Origin: a virus
Length of the DNA: 64,000 nucleotides
Direction: 5' to 3' (one strand)
IMG/VR virus record: IMGVR_UViG_3300032246_001180
Span: 1-64,000 of that record
Every line of letters starts with the position of its first letter. Within the stretch, counting starts at the first letter, position 1. Below, in pieces: positions 30,848-39,539 of the stretch. A program made the translations under genes and the position numbers. The notes under the pieces were generated by a model, which saw only the letters and a program-made list of their open reading frames with translations, was not told the DNA's origin and searched no databases.

Positions 30848-30900
30848 GTGAGAACTTGCAATAACGCAAGGAATTTTTTAATTTAATATGGAGTTTTATA

Positions 30901-31167
30901 ATGAAACAATCAGCCAAGCAAAAGATCCTCAATTACTTGAGCAAGAGCGAAGGTTACAACACCTTGACCACAGCACAAGCACGTGCTCGTTTCGGCATCA
31001 CTAACGTGTCAGCTCGTATCGATGAATTGCGCCAAGAAGGCCATTGCATCTACACTAACACCGTTAGTCGTGGTGATGGTTCTAAAGTTAAGGCCTATCG
31101 CATGGGCAAGCCAACCAAATCTTTGGTTCGTGCAGCTATCAAGTCTGGTTTCAGCTTTGCCGCTTAA
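30901..31167 (+). CDS. Small winged-HTH DNA-binding protein
   Basis: LTTAQARARFGITNVSARIDELRQEGHCI pattern; basic. Confidence 0.65.
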   Translation: MKQSAKQKILNYLSKSEGYNTLTTAQARARFGITNVSARIDELRQEGHCIYTNTVSRGDGSKVKAYRMGKPTKSLVRAAIKSGFSFAA

Positions 31168-31182
31168 TCTGACTTAATTCTG

Positions 31183-31218
31183 AGGGGTTCGTCTTATAAA
31201 AGGCGAGCCCCTTTTTTT
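31183..31218 (+). terminator. Intrinsic terminator
   Basis: AGGGGTTCGTC...GGCGAGCCCCT followed by a T run. Confidence 0.75.
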
Positions 31219-31238
31219 ATTACATCATTGGAGTCCAA

Positions 31239-32057
31239 ATGGAAATCTCAATCAAAAAAGAAGAACTACAAAAGAAAAGCATATTTGTTGCTACCCCAAT
31301 GTATGGCGGTATGAACCACGGATTATATGCAAAAGCCTGCCTTGATTTACAAGGTCTTTGTATGCAATATGGCGTTAATATTAAATTCTCATTTCTATTT
31401 AATGAGTCCCTAATTACTCGAGCAAGAAATTATCTTGTTGACGAATTTATCCATCGTTCAGACTGTACACATATGTTGTTTATTGATTCTGATATTCATT
31501 TTAATCCACAAGATGTTATTGCTTTGTTAGCATTAGACAAAGATGTTATTGGTGGTCCTTATCCTAAGAAAGCCATCAAATGGAAAAACATCGCAACCGC
31601 ATTTAGAAAAAATCCTGAAATTGATCCTGGCGAATTAGACAAACTTACTGGTGATTATGTTTTCAATCCAGTTAAAGGCACATCACAATTTTCTGTAACC
31701 GATCCATTAAGTGTCATGGAAATTGGTACTGGTTACATGATGATTAAGCGTGAAGTCTTTACGAAAATGACTGAGGCTTATCCTTCAATTAAATACAAAC
31801 CAGACCATGTTGGCCAAGCACACTTTGACGGTACTCGTTACATTCACGCTTTCTTTGATACAGTAATTGACACCAAAGAATCTATCACAGGTGGTGGTTC
31901 TGACCGTTATCTTTCAGAAGATTATATGTTCTGTCAGATGTGGCGTAAGATTGGTGGAGAAATTTGGTTATGTCCTTGGATGAAAACCGCACACATCGGA
32001 ACATATCACTTCCAAGGAGATATGCCGGCTGTGGCTAATTTTGTCGGAGAAATGTAA
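31239..32057 (+). CDS. GT-A fold glycosyltransferase-like protein
   Basis: VATPMYGG; NESLITRARN; FIDSD (DxD); YLSEDYMFC. Confidence 0.7.
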   Translation: MEISIKKEELQKKSIFVATPMYGGMNHGLYAKACLDLQGLCMQYGVNIKFSFLFNESLITRARNYLVDEFIHRSDCTHMLFIDSDIHFNPQDVIALLALDKDVIGGPYPKKAIKWKNIATAFRKNPEIDPGELDKLTGDYVFNPVKGTSQFSVTDPLSVMEIGTGYMMIKREVFTKMTEAYPSIKYKPDHVGQAHFDGTRYIHAFFDTVIDTKESITGGGSDRYLSEDYMFCQMWRKIGGEIWLCPWMKTAHIGTYHFQGDMPAVANFVGEM

Positions 32058-32473
32058 TGAGTGATGGCTATGATTCTGTCAATACTGAGTATGATAGACA
32101 ACAAGCATGGATTAAAAAACAAATGAAATCTTCCGATACTGGATTCGTTGATGAGGTTTTAGCATCACAAACGGCAACTACTGGCGGTAGAAAATTTGAT
32201 GGTAACAAATTAGAATATGGTTTGTTACCTCCTTTAGCGCTTGAAGAAACTGTTAAAGTTTTAACTTTTGGTGCTCAGAAATATGAACGTGATAATTGGC
32301 AAAAAGTACCTGATTCAAAACGCAGATACTTTGATGCATTACAACGGCATATGTGGTCATGGAAACAAGGCGAACAAAATGACCAAGAGTCTGGTATTAA
32401 TCATCTAGCACACGCAATGTGTTGTTTGATGTTTTTGTATGAACATGATGTTAAGTATTCGAAAGACGCTTGA
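32057..32473 (+). CDS. dATP/dGTP diphosphohydrolase-like protein (DUF5664)
   Basis: KFDGNKLEYGLLP; GAQKYERDNW; DQESGINHLAHA. Confidence 0.75.
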   Translation: MSDGYDSVNTEYDRQQAWIKKQMKSSDTGFVDEVLASQTATTGGRKFDGNKLEYGLLPPLALEETVKVLTFGAQKYERDNWQKVPDSKRRYFDALQRHMWSWKQGEQNDQESGINHLAHAMCCLMFLYEHDVKYSKDA

Positions 32474-32498
32474 CATTCAGTTCAAATTGTTATATACT
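32470..32498 (+). promoter_or_regulatory. Sigma70-type promoter for the gp45 operon
   Basis: TTGACA-17-TATACT. Confidence 0.75.
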
Positions 32499-32527
32499 GT
32501 TGAAACATTTACATAATGGAGAAATAA

Positions 32528-33199
32528 ATGAAACTTTCAAACGAAACACTTTCCGTGTTAAAAAACTTTGCTGGCATCAATTCTGGCATCGAATTCAAAA
32601 AAGGAAACAAACTTACCACGATTTCATCTGGTAAAACTGTTCTCGCAAAAGCGATTCTCAAAGATGAGTTTCCACAAGACTTTTGTGTATATGATTTAAA
32701 TCAATTTTTAAACATTCATTCTTTGAATAAAGATACTGAGATTGATTTTGACGAAGCAAACATTATTTTCAAATCTGGCCGCAGCAAAGCGAAGTATCGT
32801 AAAACTGCGAAAGAAATGATTGTAACTGCACCAGATAAAGCATTGAGTCTTCCCTCAGTTGATGTTGAATTTACATTGACAGAAGAAGATTATGCGTCAA
32901 TCCTTAAGAGCGCTAACATTCTACAGTCGCCTAATATTGCAGTTGAGTCTGTGGGTGAAAAGATTGTATTGACGGCATTTAGTGCAGTTGATGATTCTGC
33001 ACACACAAACTCTATTGAAGTTGCTGCTGGTAATGGTAGTAAATTTAAAATGGTTTTTTTGACCGAAAACTTGAAAATGATTTCAGGTTCTTATGATGTT
33101 GAGATTTCTTCAAAAGGTCTTGCCTCGTTCAAAAATAAGAATGTTGACATTCAATATTGGGTTGCAACAGAATCTAAGTATTCTAAATTTGGAGAATAA
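32528..33199 (+). CDS. gp45: Sliding clamp gp45
   Basis: MKLSNETLSVLKNFAGINS; YDLNQFL; ENLKMISGSYDV. Confidence 0.93.
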   Translation: MKLSNETLSVLKNFAGINSGIEFKKGNKLTTISSGKTVLAKAILKDEFPQDFCVYDLNQFLNIHSLNKDTEIDFDEANIIFKSGRSKAKYRKTAKEMIVTAPDKALSLPSVDVEFTLTEEDYASILKSANILQSPNIAVESVGEKIVLTAFSAVDDSAHTNSIEVAAGNGSKFKMVFLTENLKMISGSYDVEISSKGLASFKNKNVDIQYWVATESKYSKFGE

Positions 33200-33201
33200 A
33201 A

Positions 33202-33399
33202 ATGCTGGTCTATTTGAATGAATCTACTACAGGTCAAGCTTTAGCAATTAATCCTGACCATATCATCACTTGCTTTGAAGCCGCTGAAGGCGAGTTAGAA
33301 GGAAAAACAATTGTGGTTTTAACACAAGGCAGTTGGACAGTTAGTCAATCTCAACTTGAAGTGGTTGGAATGATTAATGGCCTTGCTTCAACTAACTGA
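33202..33399 (+). CDS. Small hypothetical protein
   Basis: GGAGA SD; AINPDHI motif. Confidence 0.55.
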   Translation: MLVYLNESTTGQALAINPDHIITCFEAAEGELEGKTIVVLTQGSWTVSQSQLEVVGMINGLASTN

Positions 33400-33513
33400 T
33401 AAAAATTGACCACCGTTAATCCTGGTGTGTCGTTTTTTTCTGAAAGACCATACTCCTGGTCTATATTGATTTGATTTGATTTTTTATTATGTTTTATATT
33501 ATGGGAGTTTTAT

Positions 33514-34446
33514 ATGTCGCAACACGTTTTGTGGGTGGAGAAGTATCGTCCAGCTAAGGTAGAAGATTGTATTTTACCTGAACTAGTTAAAAATACTTTT
33601 CAGCAGTATGTCAATAAAAAAGAAATTCCCAACCTTCTTCTGTCGGGTGGAGCTGGCGTAGGTAAAACTACAATTGCTAAAGCTCTATGTGAAGAAGTTG
33701 GTTGTGATTACATTGTCATCAACGGTTCAGATGAGAATGGTGTTGACACTATTCGTATTAAAATTAAAAACTATGCCTCGTCAGTAAGTCTGATGGGTGG
33801 TCGTAAGGTCATCATTCTAGATGAGGCAGACTATCTAACGCCTAATGCACAGGCTATTCTTCGTGCATCGATTGAAGAATTTGCAAGTAATTGTTCTTTT
33901 ATCTTTACTTGTAACTTCAAGAACCGAATCATCGACCCTATTCATTCACGTTGTACCGTTATTGACTTCCGAGTTAACGGCCAAAAGGCCAAACTTGCAA
34001 CTCAATTTTTCAAACGTGTTGAATGGATACTTGCACAGGAGAAAATCACATATGACAAAGAGGTTGTTGCTGCTGTTATTACTAAGCACTTTCCTGACAA
34101 TCGTAGAATACTCAATGAACTACAAAGATATTCGGTATCAGGAGTCATCGACAAAGGTATTCTTGCAGCCGTAAGTGATATTCAATTAAATGAACTCACT
34201 AAAGCCTTGAAAGAGAAAGACTTTGCATCATGTCGTAAATGGGTCACCAATAACTTGGACAATGATCCTGCACGAATCTTCCGTAAACTATATGATGGTC
34301 TGTATGAACTATTGAAACCAGACACCGTACCCGCACTGGTTCTTATTCTTGCTAAGTATCAGTATCAAGTAGCTTTTGTTGCTGATTCTGAGATTAACTT
34401 GATTGCTTGTTTGACAGAAATTATGGTGGACTGTGAGTTCAAGTAA
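33514..34446 (+). CDS. gp44: Clamp loader large subunit gp44
   Basis: LWVEKYRP; GGAGVGKTT; ILDEADYL; SRC motif. Confidence 0.95.
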   Translation: MSQHVLWVEKYRPAKVEDCILPELVKNTFQQYVNKKEIPNLLLSGGAGVGKTTIAKALCEEVGCDYIVINGSDENGVDTIRIKIKNYASSVSLMGGRKVIILDEADYLTPNAQAILRASIEEFASNCSFIFTCNFKNRIIDPIHSRCTVIDFRVNGQKAKLATQFFKRVEWILAQEKITYDKEVVAAVITKHFPDNRRILNELQRYSVSGVIDKGILAAVSDIQLNELTKALKEKDFASCRKWVTNNLDNDPARIFRKLYDGLYELLKPDTVPALVLILAKYQYQVAFVADSEINLIACLTEIMVDCEFK

Positions 34447-34832
34447 TGCCAGACCTATTCAAAGAAATCATTCCATCCATACTCACGACTAAAAAATCTG
34501 TTATACATGATGAGTTGGATGCTAAAGACTATACTCCGTTTGTAGTCAATCGAGCCTTGTCTTATCATATGGACTGTGTTCTGTATGCTAATGAGATTAA
34601 TCTACACCCACATCTAGACAAGGACCTTCAATATCACTATCTTCTAAATACCGTAAGGTCTATGAAACGGAAATTTCAACCGTGGCAGAAATCATCGACC
34701 GATAAAGATATAGAATCCGTTAAAACTTATTTTGGTTACTCGAATGAGAAGGCCAAAGAAGCATTGCGTATTCTAAATGAAGACCAAATCGCTGACATAA
34801 GAAAAAGAACAGATAAAGGCGGAATGAAGTGA
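34446..34832 (+). CDS. gp62: Clamp loader small subunit gp62
   Basis: YTPFVVNRALS; YFGYSNEKAKEAL; synteny. Confidence 0.9.
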   Translation: MPDLFKEIIPSILTTKKSVIHDELDAKDYTPFVVNRALSYHMDCVLYANEINLHPHLDKDLQYHYLLNTVRSMKRKFQPWQKSSTDKDIESVKTYFGYSNEKAKEALRILNEDQIADIRKRTDKGGMK

Positions 34833-35239
34833 TGATTACTATAGCAGATTTAGTTGAGGTAACACTCAAAGAACAGGACGACTTCCTCAAGGTTCGTGAA
34901 ACTCTAACCCGAATCGGTGTTGCTTCCAAAAAAGAAAATATTCTATATCAGTCTTGTCATATACTACACAAACAGGGAAAATACTATATCGTACATTTCA
35001 AAGAACTCTTTGCTTTGGATGGTAAACCTTCTGATATATCAGAAAATGATTTATCCCGTAGAAATGCCATTACCAAGTTATTACAAGATTGGGGACTTTG
35101 CAAAGTGGTAAATATGAAACAGATTGAAACACCGGAACCAATCTTTTTATCTCAGATTAAGATACTATCCCATAAAGAAAAGAACGATTGGAATTTAGTA
35201 CCAAAATATAATATTGGTAAAAAACCAGGATCTTATTGA
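34829..35239 (+). CDS. regA: Translational repressor RegA
   Basis: DDFLKVRETLTRIGVAS; LYQSCHILHKQGKYYIVHFKELF. Confidence 0.95.
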   Translation: MMITIADLVEVTLKEQDDFLKVRETLTRIGVASKKENILYQSCHILHKQGKYYIVHFKELFALDGKPSDISENDLSRRNAITKLLQDWGLCKVVNMKQIETPEPIFLSQIKILSHKEKNDWNLVPKYNIGKKPGSY

Positions 35240-35324
35240 CTTTCTCTGACGTTTAGTGTATAAATATAGGTGTAGATGCCTTCGGGGTCTACATTTATTA
35301 ACTCGCTTAACTAAGGAGAAATCT
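35236..35324 (+). promoter_or_regulatory. hsp20 promoter (overlapping sigma70-like and late) and ROSE-like 5' UTR
   Basis: TTGACT-17-TATAAA overlapping TATAAATA (35259-66); TTCG-loop hairpin; CTCGCT paired to AAGGAG SD. Confidence 0.6.
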
Positions 35325-35783
35325 ATGACAAGCATATCCCTATTCCCGCAATGGGAACAACTCCATAAGTCTTTGGATCCTTTCACCGTTGGTTTCAATG
35401 ATGTATTTGACCAACTACAGGACGTGTCTAAAACAATCACCAAAGGCGTACACAACTACCCTCCATATAATATCAAACAAGTCAAAGATAACAAATTCGT
35501 TATCGAAATGGCTGTTGCAGGCTTTGCTAAAACTGATATTGAAGTAACTTTGGAAGGTAATAAATTGGTTATCAAAGGTGAAACCAAAGATTCAGAACCA
35601 GAAGAAAACTTCATTTTCAAAGGTATTGCTAACCGCAATTTTATCCGTCAATTTACATTGGCAGACAAGATTGAGATTAAAGATGCCGAAATTGCAAATG
35701 GTATGTTAAAAGTTTGGTTGGAAAATATTGTGAAAGCCCAAGACGCAGTAAAGAAAATTACTGTAAAAGAAAAGGGTGAATAA
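35325..35783 (+). CDS. Small heat-shock protein Hsp20 (IbpA-like)
   Basis: NYPPYNI; IEMAVAGF; KGIANRNF..FTLA; NGML; ATG 35325 after AAGGAG. Confidence 0.92.
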   Translation: MTSISLFPQWEQLHKSLDPFTVGFNDVFDQLQDVSKTITKGVHNYPPYNIKQVKDNKFVIEMAVAGFAKTDIEVTLEGNKLVIKGETKDSEPEENFIFKGIANRNFIRQFTLADKIEIKDAEIANGMLKVWLENIVKAQDAVKKITVKEKGE

Positions 35784-35942
35784 ATGGCTAAAATGTTAAA
35801 AAGGCTAGCGAAGTTATTTGAAGCCAATAAAAGTTCGCCATTAGAAAGATTCATTAATAGCAAGTATCCTCAAAATGCTTCTGATGTTGAGTATTGGACA
35901 AAACAATACCAACAATCACAGTATTGGTCGAGAGGTCTATAA
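35784..35942 (+). CDS. 52-aa ORF (not in ORF track)
   Basis: MAKMLKRLAKLFEANKSSPLERFINSKYPQNASDVEYWTKQYQQSQYWSRGL; abuts the hsp20 stop. Confidence 0.55.
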   Translation: MAKMLKRLAKLFEANKSSPLERFINSKYPQNASDVEYWTKQYQQSQYWSRGL

Positions 35943-36031
35943 TGAAGAAATTTTTCAAACAAATGTATGAAGCTTGGGTTGAAGCTCGTAAGATGCAAGC
36001 CGAACACGTTATTCGTAGCCGTAGAGGCTAA
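35942..36031 (+). CDS. 29-aa ORF (not in ORF track)
   Basis: MKKFFKQMYEAWVEARKMQAEHVIRSRRG; TAATG overlap; GAGGT SD. Confidence 0.5.
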   Translation: MKKFFKQMYEAWVEARKMQAEHVIRSRRG

Positions 36032-36032
36032 T

Positions 36033-36107
36033 ATGAATAATTGGTGGCCTGTATCGGACGAAGAATGGGAAAATTTAAATTTTCCCAAAAAACAACCAAC
36101 TAAGTAA
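36033..36107 (+). CDS. 24-aa ORF (not in ORF track)
   Basis: MNNWWPVSDEEWENLNFPKKQPTK; GAGG SD; 1 nt after previous stop. Confidence 0.45.
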   Translation: MNNWWPVSDEEWENLNFPKKQPTK

Positions 36108-36116
36108 GTGGTAAAC

Positions 36117-36158
36117 AAATAGGGGGTTGTTGCCGATCCCCTATTTTATCTGTATAAT
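36117..36158 (+). terminator. Terminator hairpin overlapping a sigma70-type promoter
   Basis: AAATAGGGG...CCCCTATTT hairpin; TTGCCG-17-TATAAT (36130-36158). Confidence 0.5.
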
Positions 36159-36167
36159 GGACACATT

Positions 36168-36362
36168 ATGAAAACTTTGAACAGACAAATACTAAAAAAA
36201 GTTCGTTCTCACACGAACCATGATATCTATTATACCTTTTCTCATTGGGAACCTAAAGAGATTGAAGGTGTAAAGTTTATTCCTGTAGTAAAAAATCCTC
36301 CTAATAATCAAACCCAAACCATACACTATATGCGTAAAGATAGTTTGGAGTATGTTAAATGA
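36168..36362 (+). CDS. Small hypothetical protein
   Basis: Follows promoter; ATGA overlap with next gene. Confidence 0.5.
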   Translation: MKTLNRQILKKVRSHTNHDIYYTFSHWEPKEIEGVKFIPVVKNPPNNQTQTIHYMRKDSLEYVK

Positions 36363-37291
36363 AGGTGTTGGGAATAAGCACTTCACATAATGCATCCATC
36401 TGCCAAGTTACAGATGGTAAAATTGATTTTTACCTTGAAGAAGATAGATTCAACAAAAGAAAAAATTGGAATCCAAATATAAAAGAACAAGAATATCTTT
36501 CTATTAAAGAACGGGCTAACATTGAATATGATAAAGTAATTATTGCTTCCTTTGATAGACGATTTCCTAATAATTATACTGGTGATTTAGATAAAAATAT
36601 TAACTCTAATATTTTGAAACAATTAAAAGGAAATCCTCAATTTTATTTTTTTTCTTATTATCATCATTTATATCATGCATATTCAGGATTTTATTTTTCA
36701 AATTTTGAAGATGCCATCTGTATTGTGATGGATGGTGCTGGCGCTCAACCATATTTCTCTCATAGAAAATTCTGTCCAGAAGTAGAGAGTATCTATTACT
36801 TAAATAAATTTGAACATAAATTGCTATGCAAACATTTATCAAATGCTAGATATGTTCATAGTAAAGATGATGTAATACATCCAGCAGAATATATTAATAT
36901 TGATGGAGTAGATTTACAATTTGGATCAGCACCTAGTAGTGGCCATAAATTTGGAGCTCTAACACATAGACTAGGATTAGGTGATGGTAATGAAGCAGGT
37001 AAAACTATGGGTCTTGCCAGTTATGGTAATCTAACTGGTGATAGACCAGAAGACTTAGCAAGACAACTACAAGAAGAAACTAAGTTGGATACAATTGAAT
37101 TAATTAAAAAAGCAATTTCATATAACGATTGCAAGAATATTGTGTTGTCTGGTGGTTATGCTTTAAATTGCGTTAACAATTATGAATATTTAAAAGAATT
37201 TCCTGACCACAATTTCTTTGTGGATCCTGTTGCACATGATGGCGGTACTGCCATTGGTGCTGCTTTATGGGCTTATCACCATGCAAAGTAA
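36359..37291 (+). CDS. Carbamoyltransferase N-terminal (Kae1-like) half
   Basis: LGISTSHNASIC; EEDRF; HHLYHA; DGAG; GKTMGLASYG; SGGYALNC; DGGTAIGAA. Confidence 0.85.
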   Translation: MKVLGISTSHNASICQVTDGKIDFYLEEDRFNKRKNWNPNIKEQEYLSIKERANIEYDKVIIASFDRRFPNNYTGDLDKNINSNILKQLKGNPQFYFFSYYHHLYHAYSGFYFSNFEDAICIVMDGAGAQPYFSHRKFCPEVESIYYLNKFEHKLLCKHLSNARYVHSKDDVIHPAEYINIDGVDLQFGSAPSSGHKFGALTHRLGLGDGNEAGKTMGLASYGNLTGDRPEDLARQLQEETKLDTIELIKKAISYNDCKNIVLSGGYALNCVNNYEYLKEFPDHNFFVDPVAHDGGTAIGAALWAYHHAK

Positions 37292-37817
37292 AATTATACA
37301 CAATAAAGAAAAAGTTGTTGAGCATTTACTTGACCAAAAAGTTGTTGCTATTTTTCAAGGACAATCTGAATGGGGTCCTAGAGCTCTAGGCAATCGTTCT
37401 ATTCTTTTTGATCCACGAAATCCAAAAGGCAAAGATATTATTAATGGTATCAAAAAACGTGAATGGTTTAGACCATTTGCTGGAACAATCATGTTAGAGT
37501 ATGTACATGATTATTTTGAAATGTTAACATTGAAAGAATCTCCTTATATGTCTTTTGCCATTCAAGCAAAAGAAAAAGCAAAAAAAGAAGTGCCATCAAT
37601 TATTCACGTTGACAATACTTGCAGAATACAAACAGTAACTAGAGAACAGAATAAACATTTCTACGAACTGATTGAAGAATTTTATAACAAAACTGGAGTA
37701 CCAATTCTATTCAATACCTCGTTTAATTTGGCCGGCGAACCATTGGTAGAAACTCTTGCAGATGCTATAGATACCGTTAACAGGTCAGAAATTGATTACA
37801 TCTATGTACCAAAATAA
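37281..37817 (+). CDS. Carbamoyltransferase C-terminal (YrdC-like) half
   Basis: EWGPRALGNRS; KKREWFRPFA; HVDNTCRIQTV; NTSFNLAGEP. Confidence 0.85.
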   Translation: MQSKIIHNKEKVVEHLLDQKVVAIFQGQSEWGPRALGNRSILFDPRNPKGKDIINGIKKREWFRPFAGTIMLEYVHDYFEMLTLKESPYMSFAIQAKEKAKKEVPSIIHVDNTCRIQTVTREQNKHFYELIEEFYNKTGVPILFNTSFNLAGEPLVETLADAIDTVNRSEIDYIYVPK

Positions 37818-37902
37818 ATATTTACGTCAACTCGTTAATGCACCATCAAAGGATGCCGTGGAATTTATTTTGTGCATTTCTACCACAAGGCCAAATTTGG
37901 AG

Positions 37903-37931
37903 TTGACATGAACACAAAAAACTTTTATAAT
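37903..37931 (+). promoter_or_regulatory. Consensus sigma70 promoter upstream of the ADP-heptose genes
   Basis: TTGACA-17-TATAAT. Confidence 0.75.
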
Positions 37932-38096
37932 TATTTTAAATACTCTGGTATCAATATCACTTTAAAATTAAATCCATTTCATTGGAGAATCAGTTGTGCA
38001 TACAACAAAACTAATGATGTTTGGGAAGCAGATGCTTTTGTTTTAGAACTTTTGCCTTTGACGTTGCGAGTTTGGTTTGATAATGGTGATTGGTAA
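37908..38096 (+). CDS. Small hypothetical protein
   Basis: GGAG SD; MNTKNF...WFDNGDW. Confidence 0.45.
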   Translation: MNTKNFYNYFKYSGINITLKLNPFHWRISCAYNKTNDVWEADAFVLELLPLTLRVWFDNGDW

Positions 38097-38496
38097 GAAA
38101 ATAATTGTTAATGGTACATTCGATATACTTCACGTTGGCCACATTGCACTTTTAGAATATGCTAGAAGTCTTGGTGACCAACTATTGGTGTGTATAGATA
38201 GTGATAGGCGAGTAAAAGAACTCAAAGGAGAATCTCGTCCAATCAATAATCAATATGACCGAATCAGAATGTTGTGTGCGTTGAGAAGCGTTGACATGGT
38301 TTGGGTATTTGATACAAAAGAAAAACTGATTGAACAAATTAAATTGTATCAACCAGATATTATGGTAAAAGGTTCCGACTACAAAGGTAAATCTGTGGTT
38401 GGAGAATCTTTATGTAAAGAGGTAATTTATTATGACAGAACAGAACACTCAACAACAAACACAATTCAGAATATTATTGATAGGCGACCATTGTGA
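38083..38496 (+). CDS. Heptose-1-phosphate adenylyltransferase (HldC / RfaE domain II-like)
   Basis: NGTFDILHVGH; KGESRPIN; VKGSDY; STT. Confidence 0.85.
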   Translation: MVIGKKIIVNGTFDILHVGHIALLEYARSLGDQLLVCIDSDRRVKELKGESRPINNQYDRIRMLCALRSVDMVWVFDTKEKLIEQIKLYQPDIMVKGSDYKGKSVVGESLCKEVIYYDRTEHSTTNTIQNIIDRRPL

Positions 38497-39193
38497 AGAT
38501 GTTTATCAATATGGTATCGTTGACAGAATAAGTCCTGAAGCTCCTGTTCCTGTTTTTCTCCAACAAAACCATGTTATAAAACCAGGCATGGCCGGCAACG
38601 TCTGTGAAAACTTTAAAGCTTTAGGCTGCGATGTTAATTATATACACGGCATGACTTCTGTTAAAACTAGATTGATTGACAGTAGAAGCAAACAACATAT
38701 TGTGCGTATTGATGATGACGTTTTATCAGAACCCATCAGATTTTGGACTGTTGTTCCGCCTGGTTATGATGCAATTGTTATTAGTGATTATAATAAAGGT
38801 ACAATAACTTACGAATTGATTGAAGAATTACGAAAAGACTTTAAAGGTCCTATATTTGTTGACACCAAAAAAACAGATTTAAGCCGAATGGAAGGTTGCT
38901 TTGTCAAGATTAATTCGTTAGAATATTCCAGAATAACTTCAAAGTGTAACAATTTAATTGTTACGGCCGGTGCAGAAGGTGCTTACTATAATGGCACAAG
39001 GTACCCAACAATGAAGGTAGAAGTTGCTGATGTGTGTGGTGCAGGTGATACTTTTCTAGCAGCACTCACATATCAATATTTGTTATGCAAAGATATAACA
39101 CGTTCAATTCCTTTTGCAATAAGGGCATCTGAAATAACTGTTCAACATATAGGTGTTTATGCACCAGATTTAGGAGAAATAAATGCGCCTTGA
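38432..39193 (+). CDS. Heptose-7-phosphate kinase (HldA / RfaE domain I-like, PfkB fold)
   Basis: RISPEAPVPV; SDYNKG; DVCGAGDTF. Confidence 0.85.
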   Translation: MTEQNTQQQTQFRILLIGDHCEDVYQYGIVDRISPEAPVPVFLQQNHVIKPGMAGNVCENFKALGCDVNYIHGMTSVKTRLIDSRSKQHIVRIDDDVLSEPIRFWTVVPPGYDAIVISDYNKGTITYELIEELRKDFKGPIFVDTKKTDLSRMEGCFVKINSLEYSRITSKCNNLIVTAGAEGAYYNGTRYPTMKVEVADVCGAGDTFLAALTYQYLLCKDITRSIPFAIRASEITVQHIGVYAPDLGEINAP

Positions 39194-39539
39194 AGGATTT
39201 GTAGAAAAAGGTTGGGGCCACGAATTAATTTGGGCAACCAACGAACACTATTGTGGCAAATTGTTGAAGTTCAATAAAGATGCTAGATTCAGTATGCACT
39301 TTCATGCTCAGAAAGATGAGAGTTGGTATGTGTTAGATGGACTATTTAAAATTGTATTCATCGAAACAAATGATGCTTCATTACACGATATCACGTTGAA
39401 ATCTGGTGATGTGTGGCGCAATCGACCACTACAACCACATCAAGTAATTTGTTTGGAAGAAGGAACAATTATTGAAGTGAGTACGCCAGATTCAGTAGAA
39501 GATAACTATCGAGTTATGAAAGGCGATAGTCAAAAGTGA
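39183..39539 (+). CDS. Cupin sugar isomerase-like protein
   Basis: KGWGHE; SMHFHAQKDESW; EVSTPD. Confidence 0.7.
   Translation: MRLEGFVEKGWGHELIWATNEHYCGKLLKFNKDARFSMHFHAQKDESWYVLDGLFKIVFIETNDASLHDITLKSGDVWRNRPLQPHQVICLEEGTIIEVSTPDSVEDNYRVMKGDSQK

Noticed and set aside
37218-37291. Programmed frameshift joining the carbamoyltransferase halves
   Set aside because: No clear slippery heptamer at the junction, and an in-frame ATG at 37281 lies at the natural domain boundary; not fully excluded.
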